Assembly: GCA_965113315.1 (NCBI GenBank)
Contig: OZ220364.1
Source: Podarcis vaucheri
Lineage: Eukaryota
Strand: one strand, 5' to 3'
DNA length: 64,000 bases
A model generated the notes under the pieces. The model was not told where the DNA came from, ran no database searches, and saw only the letters and a program-made list of their open reading frames with translations. Below are positions 1 to 12,817 of the stretch, piece by piece. The position numbers were made by a program, and so were the translations under genes. Numbering within the stretch: position 1 is the stretch's first letter; each line of letters begins with the position of its first letter.

Positions 1-1577
1 CTTCTGAATCAATATATCCCAGCTACCTAGAGCGTTTCTCTTATTTGGTCTGTCAACACTGACTTGTTTTTAGCACTGACCAGGTGATTTTCTCGATAAT
101 GGAAGCTTTTGCCAGTGAGAGCTCACCAGTGCCCCAGACAACTATCTCTTTCCCCAGAGTATGACACAATATGAACCCTACAAACAGTCCACCAAACCTG
201 ATAGTTTGGTAGTTTGGAGCTTGCGAGCTTACACTAGAGGAGTTTACAGAATAAAATTGTTTAACCCAATTGATTGCATTGCAGGTGTAGTTTATGCTTC
301 AAATTCCAGTACTTCTTGTACCCAAGTTGAAAACTAAAGTGTGAATAGGCACTAAGAAGGCAATGTTGTGTAGCTCTCCAGTGAATTGCCAGTGGTTACT
401 GCATTTCTGTTCAATGTGAGTTTATTTTTATTACCGCTTTTTCTATATGAAGTGGGCATCTATGAAATAACTCAACAATGTCAAAGTGCATATTAAGCAC
501 TCAGAACAACAGTATTCTTCTTTTATTCCTTTCATACTTAAAGGCGGAGGAAATCTAGTTAATTTATAGAGAATTTATATACGCCTTAGTGTGCGTCTGT
601 GCACATGAATGCAAAATATGTGCAAAGAACCTTTTGAATCAAGAGGAATTTTTCGTTGGTGATGCACAATGGTGCAATTCAAGATAAAAGAATGAGTCTA
701 CATTTTTGCATTTTGAAACTAGACTGTAGCTGCAGCACATTACACCAAAAGGTTGCCAGATCAAAATTTGAACTAAGAGACATTATTGCAAGAAGGTGCT
801 TGGAGCAAATTCTCTCAAGTGGTGCTGCTTTGGAATTCAGGGCATCCACTATGCTTTTTGTGAGCAGTGCTTTTAAATATAGGTCTAAATTAATAGGATG
901 TTTCCTTAACAACAGATTTCTGTCATCTCCACAAGCTGACGTATATGAAGCAGAGATGCAACATTTATAGGGCAATCCTATACGTGTCTACTCAGAAGTT
1001 CCATAGAACTTACTCACTCTCAGCTAAATGTGTTTATGATTGTGACCTTACTGTGTAATCCTGCATTTGTCTGCTCTCATTGACTGCATTATAGTTTGAT
1101 GTTCTTTGGAAAGAGTTCTCCCAAGGTATGGGAGATTGCTAATGTATATTGTTACGGAAATGAAAGGGGAGGGGGACACATCTTTGAAGTTGTTAAATGT
1201 TACAAATATTATGCCTGAATGTATCCTTTCGACTTGACAGCTCAGGGAAGATACCTAGCTTTATAAATCATATAAAATCAATCCCTTTGCCAATTTCTTC
1301 CATTCCAACGCCATTTTGCCCTTGGAAAAAGGACTCTTTTCCCTGCCACCTCCCGCCATAATCCCTCAAGCGTGAGGACATGTTCACACACCCCACCCAT
1401 GGAAGTGCCCAGGGGTGACAAATGCTGAGCTGTTAGTTTCCAAAAGCCCATCACCCGACTTGCCCCAGGTTATGGATGTGCAAAGGGAGCTCTATTGTCC
1501 TTTGATGGTGGGTACTTGAGAGGTGCCTGGACATGTTTTGCCTATGCTAATCTTGTACCAAGGACTTGTCTGGACAT

Positions 1578-1789
1578 AATAAAAAAATTCCTTCCAGTAG
1601 CACCTTAAAGACCAACTAAGTTAGTTCTTGGTATGAACTTTCGTGTGCATGCACACTTCTTCAGATACACTTTCGTGTGCATGCACACGAAAGCTCATAC
1701 CAAGAACTAACTTAGTTGGTCTTTAAGGTGCTAATGGAAGGAATTTTTTTATTTTGACTATGGCAGACCAACACGGCTACCTATCTGTA
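1578..1789 (+). mobile_element. Truncated Penelope-like element (Neptune-like), inverted pLTR fragments plus 3' tail
   Basis: ~79-bp inverted arms (1578-1656 / 1675-1753, 2 mismatches), tail ...CAGACCAACACGGCTACC, 14-bp TSD ACTTGTCTGGACAT at 1564-1577 and 1790-1803. Confidence 0.85.
1631..1668 (-). ncRNA. Minimal type I hammerhead ribozyme motif
   Basis: Minus strand GTAT-CTGAAGA-A-GTGTGCATGCACAC-GAAA-GTTC-ATAC: core boxes, stem II and 4-bp stem I. Confidence 0.7.
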
Positions 1790-2419
1790 ACTTGTCTGGA
1801 CATGTTTGCCAAGGTTGAACTAGTGTAACCCCGGTCTACCCCTTCCATTTTGTGGCAAGTCAGTGATGTAAAGATGATGTATCAATGATGCTGTATGAAC
1901 TGTATTCTGGGATATTGTGGGAAGTTTTAAAAGTCAATGTCGCCCCTGCTCTGGGTTCCTTACTCCTGTGGGGACCTGTTGCGCAACAATAAATATCATG
2001 GTCTACTGACCCCTGTATTGCTGCTCCAGCCAAACTGATGGCGGTTTGGCTGGAATTTCCTTCTTTTACCGACTGCATGGACCTGCGGGGGACTTGTACC
2101 CCAACGAGCTGGGCTGTTGAGTAGTCTCTCACCCCAGAATTTTCCGTATCAATATTAATAAGTGTTATTTGCCACAGATGCATCTCTACTAGGAAGAACT
2201 GCTTCTAAGAAACAGCAAACAGACATTAATTGGGGGTCGTGGAGGGGGTTCCGTCTGGAATGGTGGCTCTGGGCATCCCATTCTGCACATTCATTCAGTG
2301 TGTAGAAGGGGTCATGTGTACCTTCCCAGGTTAGTCGCAGCCTTCGTTGATTAAAAGGTTATATTAATAAAGATGTTTAAAGGATATTTTGCACATGTCC
2401 TGATAATGGACTTCTCACA

Positions 2420-2500
2420 GGAATCTAGTTGGGCACTGAGAACAGGATGGTGGACTAGATAGGCCTTTGGTCTGATCCAGCAGGGCTCTTCTTATGTTCT
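2420..2500 (+). mobile_element. CR1-type 3' end fragment
   Basis: GGACTAGATAGGCCTTTGGTCTGATCCAGCAGGGCTCTTCTTATGTTCT terminus. Confidence 0.7.
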
Positions 2501-3344
2501 AAAGCTGATTTGACAGAAGTGGATGTAGAACAGAGGCAGAAGGACTTGTTCAGGAATGTTCAACATCTTCCAAGCAGGCACCACTATCAGAACTTAACAA
2601 AGCATAGAGCAGACAAGAACAAGGTTATAAGCACCTTGATTGGAGAGCCTTGGTAAAAATCACCCACTCTGATTGGAAACGAGACCTGTCAGTCACACAA
2701 CAGCTATTCTTGCCCCTCTCACCCCATCTTGGTGTTTTCCTTATATGGCAAGCCATTTTCGCAGACACGCTGCCTGCAGCCATTTTGAAACGTCTCACAT
2801 CCCCACTTTGTTTCTGTGTACTTTGGAGGAATCCCATGTTGGCTCCTGATTTGGAATTTGTCCAAATCTTTTGCATACCCCTGACTGGCTGGTATGCAGT
2901 ATGGGTGCAGCCTGAAGCCCACTGGCAAAGCTTTAATTGATTTCAAGGAATCGCTGCTGCTCTTTTCTCATTCTTGGAGATAAGACATTTGCACATATAA
3001 AGCATGCTTTCAGGATAGCTTCATCATCAGCTCAACAGGCAGTGGTGAATGTGGCAGATTAAAGTCCACCGTTGCTCACTACAACTGTTGGTTACTGGCC
3101 AGATAGCTGAATTAAAGTCTCATCCAGATAGGAATCTGGTTTAGTGCAGTTATTATACGTGGCAGTCATTCTTATGGACTGTGCCACCTGTGATGATCAC
3201 TGGTCCGTCATTGGGCCCACCAGGGATTACCATGGCAATTGCTCCTTTGTGGTTTGTGGCCGTTTGATTAGTTCGCAAGTCCACAGCTCAGTGTTGTAGG
3301 GACAGCTAACAGGTCAGCAGATATATCCTGAAAGGGGGTGACTG

Positions 3345-3640
3345 GATGAGAATAGAACGGCATAGTCAGTCAAGGACATATAAGTTGATAAAGATATACA
3401 CGGTATGGAGAAAGCAAATTGTGATAATCTTCTCTCGTCTTCCTCTTAATACTAGAACCGGGAGTCACCCAACAAAATTGTTGGGCAGCAGGTTCAGGAC
3501 TGACCCAAATAAAGCTTTTCTTCAAACAAAGCACCATTCATTTATGGAATTTGCTACAAGATGTGCTGATAGTCCTGGGTTAGATAGCTTTGAAAGGAAA
3601 TTTGGAAAACTGAATGGAGGACAAATCTATCCAAAGCTGC
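3345..3640 (+). mobile_element. CR1 LINE 3' remnant, partially duplicated at ~3925-4090
   Basis: Translates to NTRTGSHPTKLLGSRFRTD, resembling the CR1 ORF2 C-terminus; second diverged copy of the same segment nearby. Confidence 0.75.
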
Positions 3641-4237
3641 AGGGAAAGTGTGGCCCACCCATGTAGTGTGTAGGGGTGGGGCTTCTGGGAGTAGTCCAAA
3701 AACACCTGGAGGACCAGAGGCTCCCCACCCCTACTCAGGTGATTGTCTGGTGTTACAGTATTTGTAGAGGTGCCAAGGGAAGGAGTCATAACTAACCCGG
3801 TATCATTTATTTATTTATATTGTGTAAACGTTGTATATTTATCTTATTTCACTCAATAATATTATGTGCACAAGATGGCTTATTAAATCATTTGTCTAAA
3901 ACAAATGATGAGGAAACTTTGGCCATCCAGATTTTGTCAGCAGCAGATTCAGGACAGACCCAAATATTTATTCAAACAAAGCATGGTTCATTTATGGAAT
4001 TTGCTTCAGGGTGTGCTGATGGCCCTGGATTACATGGCTTTAGGAGGAGATTAGGAAAACTGAAAGGAGGACAAGTCTGTCAGAAGCTGTAGGCCAGGGA
4101 CAGGGAGACTGTGGACCTCCCACCATTCCTGATAGTTGTCGATGCTGTCTAGGACTGATAGTATCTGGATTCCAGTAATATCTGAACAGCCACAGGTTCC
4201 CCACCCCGATCTAAAACTATTGTGTACAGAATGGTAA

Positions 4238-4261
4238 ACACACACACACACACACACACAC
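4238..4261. repeat. (CA)n microsatellite
   Basis: About 12 units. Confidence 0.9.
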
Positions 4262-4768
4262 CCCTCTTAAAATATCAATGCAGTCTACTGAAATATTATC
4301 ATGTCTATGAAGCAGGAATTGAAGCATAGAAGACAAAAATCTACTGCCTGAAGACCTGGCCAAATAGAACAAGTTATAATAAGGTAAGCCTTAAGGAACT
4401 TCCAAGTGGTCAACAGGGAGAGTACTACACAGTCCTCACAGAAGTCTGTATTCTGTATTTTGGGTGCCACTGTTAGGAAGGCCCTTCCCTCTAGTTAACT
4501 GTAGAAGCCTACCTCTCATAACTTAAGGGAGGCACCTGGAACACTTCTTCCCCACTTGAGGATTTTATTGTTATGTTCAGAGGCAGTAAGGTTAATCTCC
4601 TCCTCCCTGGTGAGATAAAGATGTATCCCAACTGAACACCAAACTTGTTCACATGGCCTAAGACCCTGCATTGCCTTTCCACTTTTCACAATAAGCTAGG
4701 TCATAGGCAGCAAGGGATAGGCCTTTTACAACTATAGCCCTAAAGCTATGGAATGACATATCACAGTA

Positions 4769-4999
4769 CAGTGGTACCTCGGGTTACAGACGCTTCAGGT
4801 TACAGACGCTGCTAACCCAGAAATAGTACCTCAGGTTAAGAACTTTGCTTCAGGATGAGAACAGAAATCACGCAATGGCAGTGCGGCGGCAGCGGGAGGC
4901 CCCATTAGCTAAAGTGGTACCTCAGGATAAGAACAGTTTCAGGTTAAGAACGGACCTTCAGAATGAATTACCGTAAGTTCTTAACCCAAGGTACCACTG
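4769..4999. mobile_element. Tc1/mariner (Tigger-like) MITE
   Basis: TIRs CAGTGGTACCTCGGGTTA / TAACCCAAGGTACCACTG with TA TSD. Confidence 0.9.
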
Positions 5000-6543
5000 T
5001 ATCGTTTGTGCTGTGAACATCTCAGCTGGTGTTTCTTCTTCTTTTCTTTTTAAAGGAAGTGGAAAAACCACTACAGTTGTCAAAGGCAGGCTGGGTTGGG
5101 CCTGTGTGTCTCTCTCCAGTTCAGGTTTGATGATATGTGAAGCATTTACTGGATTTGCTGATTTCTGCTATTGTTGTCGGTATTTTGTATTTAAGATAAG
5201 CAACCACAAGCACCTCCTAGAAGCAGGAATAAATAAATAAAAAGGCACATTCTGAAAATGAAGTGAGAAAGAGCAGGGACCAGCTTTCACCAGTGCAACC
5301 GATTCCGCATTCCCATCATGTTTTCAAAAAGGGACGCCTGTCATTTGAGTGCCGTCACGTCTTAAAATGCCATTTTACAAAATATAAGGTACTTAATACT
5401 TCGTACAGCAGCAGCCATGGTCTCCCACGCAAGCAGCTGCCTTTGCAGGAGACGAGGGGACCGCAGCTGACCCGCCTCTTACGAAATCCTCCTTCCGCAT
5501 ATGCAATTCTTCCTTCCACTTCAGAGTCCTGTGATTAGTTTTATAACCTGGAGGGGAGATATAACTGGTGTGACCTTGGTAGTCATGGAAAATACAGGGA
5601 AAATTAGGAAAAGCAGGGCATAAGCTTGGTGAAAAGAATTAATGGAGGCCTGGCACCTTTGTTCCAAAAAGCCATTTCTCACCAGGCAGGTACATCTTTG
5701 AACCGCAGGTGCTGCAGACGTAGCAAAAATGCTCTCAAGCCTTTTGTTAAGCAACCCAGCAGGCGCCTAGAGGAAGACTTGATTTTTAAAAAAGGGAACA
5801 ACAACAACAACAACCACGGATGGAACATTCAGTTAATAAACATGCACACAACACAAAAACAAATGCCTAACTCCAGAACAGCAGAGTTTATTCTAGTTTT
5901 CATGGAAACCCATCTCCATAAAAGGATTTCTGGGAATAAATTAGCACTGACATTTTAACGCTGCCACACTGCTGGATGGCTCTAGGACAGGATATGACTC
6001 CTTCTGTTCTAATTGGTCGGCAGAGTGCCTTTTTCAAAGGCGGCATCCTGCATTTCTCCTCACTTAAGGCAAGGCAATAGGGGGTATTTATTAACAACCT
6101 GTCTTCTCCGCAAAGAGGGAAATTCAATGCAACCATTTACTGCAACAGTAAACAGCCCTTCTTCAGATGCATGGAAAGACATGTACAGATAGACCTGAGT
6201 TTAGCTCCACTGATTCCAGTGTGACAGACATAACTAGTGCCCACAGGATCATGGCATTTGCTGATTTAGATTTCTTGTAATGTTAGGGCAACAGCCCACG
6301 GGCACAAATCACTTTGCAAAAGCAATTCTACTTTAGCCTAACAAAGCAGTTAAGAAAGCATGTATTATTTTAAAGGTGAAAGCATAACGGGCACTTCCAG
6401 ATGGCTCTGTCTGCAATTCATACCTATGGAGATTCATATAGAATAAGGAAATCAGGTAGTCGGTTTATATGGAAGGAAGACCATTAGTCCATCCAGCTCC
6501 ATGCTACCTATACTGACTTAGTGGCTCTCTAAGATTCTAGAGA

Positions 6544-6895
6544 GGGACGTGGGTGGCGCTGTGGGTTAAACCAAAGAGTCTAGGACTCGCCGATCAGAAG
6601 GCCGGCGGTTCAAATCCCCGCGACAGGGTGAGCTCCCGTTGCTGGGTCCCTGCTCCTGCCAACCTAGCAGTTCGAAAGCACGTCAAAGTGCAAGTAGATA
6701 AATAGGTACCGCTCCGGCGGGAAGGTAAACGGTGTTTCCGTGCGCTGCTCTGGTTAGCCAGAAGCGGCTTAGTCATGCTGGCCACATGACCCGGAAGCTG
6801 TATGCCGGCTGCCTCGGCCAATAAAGTGAGATGAGCGCCACAACCCCAGAGTTGGCCACGACTGGACCTAATGGTCAGGGGTCCCTTTACCTTTA
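6544..6895 (+). mobile_element. Sauria SINE (POM/lacertid type), full length
   Basis: tRNA-derived head with A box (TGGCGCTGTGG) and B box (GGTTCAAATCC), typical core CCAACCTAGCAGTTCGAAAGCAC, CCTTTACCTTTA tail. Confidence 0.92.
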
Positions 6896-9127
6896 AGGTT
6901 CCAGAAAAGAATCTTTCTGTACCCTACCTTGGACCAATCTGGACTGTAAGTCCTGGAAGACCTGCTGCCTGCCTCGCAGGCCTTTTCCCACCTGGCTTGG
7001 GAGGGCAGGGCCCTGACTGACTCCAGCTGCAAAAGCTGAGGCTACCGAGGAAGTCAGAGACCACCTTGGCTGTCTCTTAGTGCAGACCCAGGTCATCGAG
7101 CCTGAGCTTCCACAGCTGCAGCCTGCCATGAGCCATCATGGGCAGGACTGGCAGCAACAGCACTAGATATATTCTGTGCTTATGTGATATTTTATTCTAA
7201 TTTATTCTAATTATGCTGGTTTAAATGTGCACTTTATTGGAGCTCCAGTAGTAATGTTTTATTTCCTTTTGAAATTTTTTTTTTGCTAAATTTGCTGTGT
7301 TAAATGTGCATTCTGTAGTTGACCTCCTTTGTAATGTTTTATTTTGATATCTTTAAGATAAAATTTTTAGTTTCCTGTGAAGTATGTTGCTTTGAATGCA
7401 TACTTTATACAGGTATTTGACTTTCTTCAGCAATGTTTTATTCTGGATTGTTTTATTTGATGTTTTAATGTCGGTTGTAAACCACTTTGAGGTTTTTTTT
7501 CTTGAAAATATAAAGTGGTATAGAGATGAAATAATAATAATTTAATAATAGTATCTGGGTGTTGATCTTGGGACGTTTTACGCACAAAATGTATGCTGCT
7601 GTAGATGTCATTGTAGTAAAGGCAATTTATTAAATTCTATATGGATAGCCATAAATTACAGCACAAAACAACAACTACTGTAATATACCATAATTTTTCA
7701 TAAGTCAGAGCCCATTTCATCAAATGGACGTCCTTCCATTCCAGATTTGTATGTGTGTTTGTAGGATGGCAGGCAGGGAGGGAGGGGCTATTATTTCAAA
7801 GTGAAGCTAGAAGGCGTAACTATGCAAGAGTTAACTGTGTCACATTGCTCTGCAAAGCCCTGTTTGCCAAGCTGAATTCAATGCATACCCACAATTCAAT
7901 GCATTGCCACAATTTGTTCCCTCAGGCGAAAGCCCTTGTCCTTAAAAAATCTAAGTTCATTAACACATTAGGCAAGCTTCCAAGTGGTCCATATTTTTAT
8001 GATAACCTATAAATAACTGCATTTGGAAATTAACAAAAACTATTCAGAACACAGCTGTAGGTGACTTTTCTATACTTACCCTTGAAAACATTAAGTTCTT
8101 CGAGTGAATCAATTGAAATTTCCAAGGTGTAACAAAACACTCTTTTGAGGGGGGAGGCTTAAATTTGGGGAGAATTGGTGGCCTTCTCCCACCATGCAGC
8201 TGCCCTGACCTAGGATAACTTTTCGAAGAACATTCCTATGGTGCAAAAACCTCAGTCAGCTGGAAGCCTTTTCATACAGACCACTTTGTTGTAACTGGGG
8301 GTAGCTCAACACCTAAACCGACTCCATAGGAATGTAATCCCTGCAACAAACTCTGTTTTTGCCTTGTGTGGCTAGATTCCACCAAGATAAGTGTTTGCTA
8401 CATTCCACACACACCCTTTTGCTTAGTGAATATTTGAGAGGTACAGACTCCCCACACTACCCCAAATAAATCCTACCTTTTATTTACTTACATTTCACAT
8501 TCTGACCAAAAACAGAAATCTAGGTGACTGATTTAATAAGGGGCAACAAAGGCAGTGTTTTCTATTGTGATTCTGGATCACGCTCTCAAGGTGGCTCTGC
8601 CTAGTCCCATTTTTATCTGCCTTTCGGCAGAAAGTGAAAACTTTTATTTCAATGGGCTCTTTATACTGACATGCTTTAAGACATATTTGCTTTTTATCTT
8701 GCTGCTCATAGTATTTGACTTGTTTTTACTGCTGTTTTCAACAGAATCCAGTCAGCTGCTTACTTTGATAATCTTTTAGAAGAGCAGGGTCCATGCGATT
8801 GGAAATCCATAATGGTATCAACAAAGTGAGCACAACTATCAAAACCGATCACATAGGAAAGGAGCTGCTTTGGCTCACTCAATGGGCTCGATCTACTCTA
8901 GAGGAATATTTCCCAGTGGATGAGCTGCTGGACCAGACCAAAAGCCTGTCTAGCCCAGTTCCCTGTGGGAGCGACATCAGCTGATTGACAGGTGGACATT
9001 GTTTCAGGAAAATGGCCTTGTGAACCCAACTGGACCCCTTGGCAGGTGAAAATAGGCACGCAGACCAGAGGCTCTCCACTCCTGGCCTAGAACTTCATCT
9101 CTTATCTTCACTATTTGACTCTCCTCA

Positions 9128-9470
9128 TTAATCAAGTGGGCATCCTCTTGGCCCTAGTGGTACCTTTCTTGACATGTGGTATACCATCTAGCTGAGCTTC
9201 TAATATTGTGGTTTTAAGCAACCCCCAAGTGTTTTGCAGATGTGGCCTTTGTGGCTTTCCCTTTCAACTTCCTTTTTACCAATTCCCTCATTTTTGGTGA
9301 AGTTTCTTCTTTTGAAGTCAAATGTGACCGTGTTGGGATTCTGTGCAGGGTTTGGAATGGTCCATTTACATATATATTGAATTTTATAGCACTATGGTCT
9401 TTGTTCCCAGTCACTTCAACAACCCTTACATCTCATACCAGGTCCTAGGCACCAACTTAAAATCAAGTCT
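9128..9470 (-). mobile_element. CR1 ORF2 internal fragment (end of endonuclease / linker)
   Basis: DLILS...GNKDHSAIKFNI...KMRELVKRKLKGK...LKTTILEAQLDGIPHVKKG, with frameshifts. Confidence 0.75.
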
Positions 9471-10334
9471 CTTGCAGCAAAAACAATGCACCTGCTGCCT
9501 GAAGAAACTGCTTCACTCTGCTTAATAGTAGGTCCGGCCCTGGGACCACTCAACATATTTATACCTTTCAGGGAAACTCAGGCCCCTTTTCCACATATGC
9601 CCAGTGATGTAGGAGGTGCTTCCCCATGGTGTAATCTGAAATTGCTGGGAAATGTGTGTCAATGCTCCAGCCTTACAGGTGGAAACAACCTGATGGGCAA
9701 ATTGTAAAGCAAGCACAACCCAGTAGGAATTACTCCTAAGCTACTTTGGTGGTATTTAAGGATGCAAATATTAATGGGACATGGTTCAATTGGAAGAAGC
9801 ACTTTAGTGTTCTCGGCCTTACTGATTTGGACCACTGTGCTCATGAACAGGAATTTTTAGAATGGGAGCCCTACAATGTAAGTCAACACTCATATTATCA
9901 TCCTGAAGGACTCCGCTGTATGAGTCTGTTTAACAAAACAAGGACTACCAGTACCCAATCTTGTGTCATACAAGATTGATTATTACTATTATTATTACTT
10001 TACTCAGTTCCAGGTACTGTTTATTATGCACTCTTGATTCCAAAACATCTTTGTTTCCTCTTATGCACTTTGTTTCCTCTTATGCCCCAAAGTAGTCTGA
10101 TTGTTTTTTTTACATCTACATGTTGAATTCAATGAAACAAGAGAACTAAATCAAAATTAAGGGGTGTGTGTGTGTAAGATCTGTGCCTTTTCAACGCAGC
10201 AAAATTCCTGCATGCCGTGATGCCTTTTCAGTGCAATCATACCTTCCTCTTGCAGGGCTGCAGCCATCTCCAAGGCCAGAGCAAAGGGTTAAGAGATCTT
10301 AAGGACCATCCATCTATCTATTGCATTTACGGTA

Positions 10335-10525
10335 TATTTCACCCTTTTCTCAAGCTCAAGGTGGTCACATGGTTCTTCCCCCTCCTTATTTCACAACAAC
10401 TCTGTGAGGTAGGTTAGGCTGAGAGGCAGTGACTGGCTCAGGGTCACCCAGTGAGCTTGATGGTCAAGTGGGGATTTCAGCCTTGGTCTCTCGACTCCTA
10501 GTCCAACATCCTAACCATTACATCA
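10335..10525 (-). mobile_element. MIR/CORE-like SINE remnant
   Basis: CACAACAACTCTGTGAGGTAGGTTAGGCTGAGAG...GTCACCCAGTGAGCTT core. Confidence 0.7.
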
Positions 10526-11649
10526 GAGCACATGCAGGACACGAGGGCAATAACTCTCTCACACTAATATTCCTCAGCTGCTGGTATTCAGACACAGGAT
10601 CTCTGATCCTGGAGTTAGCATACACCTAGAGGTTTTAGTGATTAAGTGGTATGTAAATTCTATAAAATAAGAATCATTCTATCTTTCCGACCATATCCAT
10701 CACCTAAACAGAGATGATTTCTGATTTGTCTGATTACATGGTTTATTTATTTTTGATGGTTGTGCAGTGCCCAGATTATTGTGGGGGGCAGGAGAGAATG
10801 AAGCTAATACCATTGACAAGATCCAATCCCTGGTTCACTCCTGCTTTAGCCAATTTATCACTCTCATTCACAGACACGACCTTCTAAAAACAGTAGTTAA
10901 GGCAGCTGACATACGGTAAATGTTAAGGTACACACACACACAAGGTAAATGTGGAAAATATGAAAAGGGACCATCCCTTTGTAAAGAGCTGAAGTAGAGT
11001 TTTTCAAGCAAAGGCCTGCAATCTTTTATTATTGTAATCTCTGGAGAAGTGCATCTACTCCTCAGCATTCTGTGATCTATCAGAAAATTCAGCTTTCTGT
11101 TTGACTTTGTGTTTATTGTGGTAAGTTTGCACTTTCATTTTTCTGAAGAAGGCTGCTTCCCTATTTTTGTGTTCCACATTTGCATCTGTGGCAGACTGCA
11201 TCTCTCTGTCCTTCCCATTTTGTCACACTCACATACTGGCAAAGTCTTCTAAGTAAAGGTACATGGCACTGATGCCCCCCCCCCCCTTTATTGGCCTGAT
11301 CTCAACAAAATTACCAGATGTCCCTTACATCACTGAGTGAGGATGAAAGGGATCTGATATAGAGGGGTGATCTCAAACAATGATTCATTTGAACTGATGT
11401 GTCAAGTCCATGCCTGCACACCCTCTTCCCTGGAAGCTGTCATCCCAGATGTGTGTAGTTACGTGATGCATCTAGCAAAGCTTCTGCCTGTTGGTGGGGA
11501 TGCGGCCTCTGAAGGATATTTTCCCATCTTTAGTGGGAATGCTCTTGGGTTTCATTACTCTGGTCTCAAGTCTGTCATGAAACATCTGAAATAATTATAT
11601 CACCTGTTCAGGCTTCCTCACAACTGTCATTATTGAAGTCTTGATAACA

Positions 11650-11880
11650 GGAAAGTGTATTGCTCTGAAGAACTTTTGACATGGATGCTAGCTGCTGCTA
11701 GGATTCTAATAAGCCAGCAATGGAAAACTTTGAAAAACTGACATTTATCTTTGTGGTATAAAAACTTATGAACTTTGATTATTGGAGGGAAAAAGAATTC
11801 ATAAATTTCAGGTCTCCAGAGGGATAGAGGACCCAGAATGCTTCAGTGTTATCTGGTAGGATTTTATTTCTTATGCTTCC
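11650..11880 (+). mobile_element. L1-clade ORF2 C-terminal remnant
   Basis: Encodes MLAAARILISQQWK, resembling the L1/Tx1 AARxxIAxxWK motif. Confidence 0.55.
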
Positions 11881-12079
11881 AACAATCATCCATGCCAGCT
11901 CAAGAAAGCATAAGTGACTTATTTGTAAGACCTTAAAATAGATTTATTATTTGTGATTTCTCTGTCCTCTAATGCACAAGTTTCAATCCCACAATAATCC
12001 TGTGAGGTAAAATAAGTGAAGAGTGTGACTTGCCCACCAAGGTCTTAGAACAGCTAAAAAGGAACTAGCATGCAAGAAA

Positions 12080-12325
12080 CATAATTAGAGAACTGTTGGA
12101 TCAGATCAAAGGCCCATCTAGTGCTTTCCTGTTCTCATAGCGGCCAACCCTGTGCCCATAGGATGCCAGCTAGGGCATGCGCACAACTGCACTCTCCCCA
12201 CTTGCGCAACTGGTCTTTAGAGGCCTCCAACACGGGTGAAACATAGCCGTCCTGGCGAGTTGTTGATAGCCTTATCCTCCAGTTATTTGTCTAAACCACC
12301 CAAGTTGGTGGCCATCCAGTTTCCT
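12080..12325 (-). mobile_element. CR1 3' end remnant
   Basis: GGATCAGATCAAAGGCCCATCTAGT...GATAGCCTTATCCTCCA (reverse of the CR1 terminus). Confidence 0.6.
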
Positions 12326-12635
12326 TCAACTACACCACACCTCAGCTCACTACTATTGGGCATACACTTTAGATCACTGTTCTTAACATGGGGGGTGGGG
12401 TAGGAGTCACATGCTCCTTTGAGAATCAGATGAAAGCTATAGATCCTCTCCCCAGAAAAAAATGCACTTAAAACACACACACATTTTGCATACAATTCGT
12501 TTTATTGCATTGGAATTATCTGTGGAATGCTCTCCCTAGAGAAACTCGCCTGGAGCCATCATTATATGTACCAGTATTTAGGTGCCAGGCAAAAACATTC
12601 TTTATCCAGGCCTTTGGCCATTAAACAATCTATGG

Positions 12636-12817
12636 CAGTGGTTCCCAACTGGTGGTCCGCAGACCCCAAGAGGTCCACGTAACCCACCCAGGGGATCCAT
12701 GGCACCATTCAAATAACAAAACTACTACCTTAGAGATAACATTTTCAAAAGTATGGGGCCCATGGCTTGGCTTTTAAAAATCAGGGTCTGCAGTACTTAG
12801 CTAATTGGGAATCACTG
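12636..12817. mobile_element. hAT MITE nested in an L2-like 3' remnant (~12519-12987)
   Basis: TIRs CAGTGGTTCCCAA / TTGGGAATCACTG, 8-bp TSD (A/G)TCTATGG; host ends ...CCGCCCTGGGATC...GGGCGGTATATAA(TAA)n. Confidence 0.8.

Noticed and set aside
6544-6625. tRNA gene (A and B boxes)
   Set aside because: It is the tRNA-derived head of a Sauria SINE
11721-11731. Extra TonE-like motif TGGAAAACTTT
   Set aside because: Lies in an L1 remnant; this degenerate motif is expected by chance many times in 64 kb
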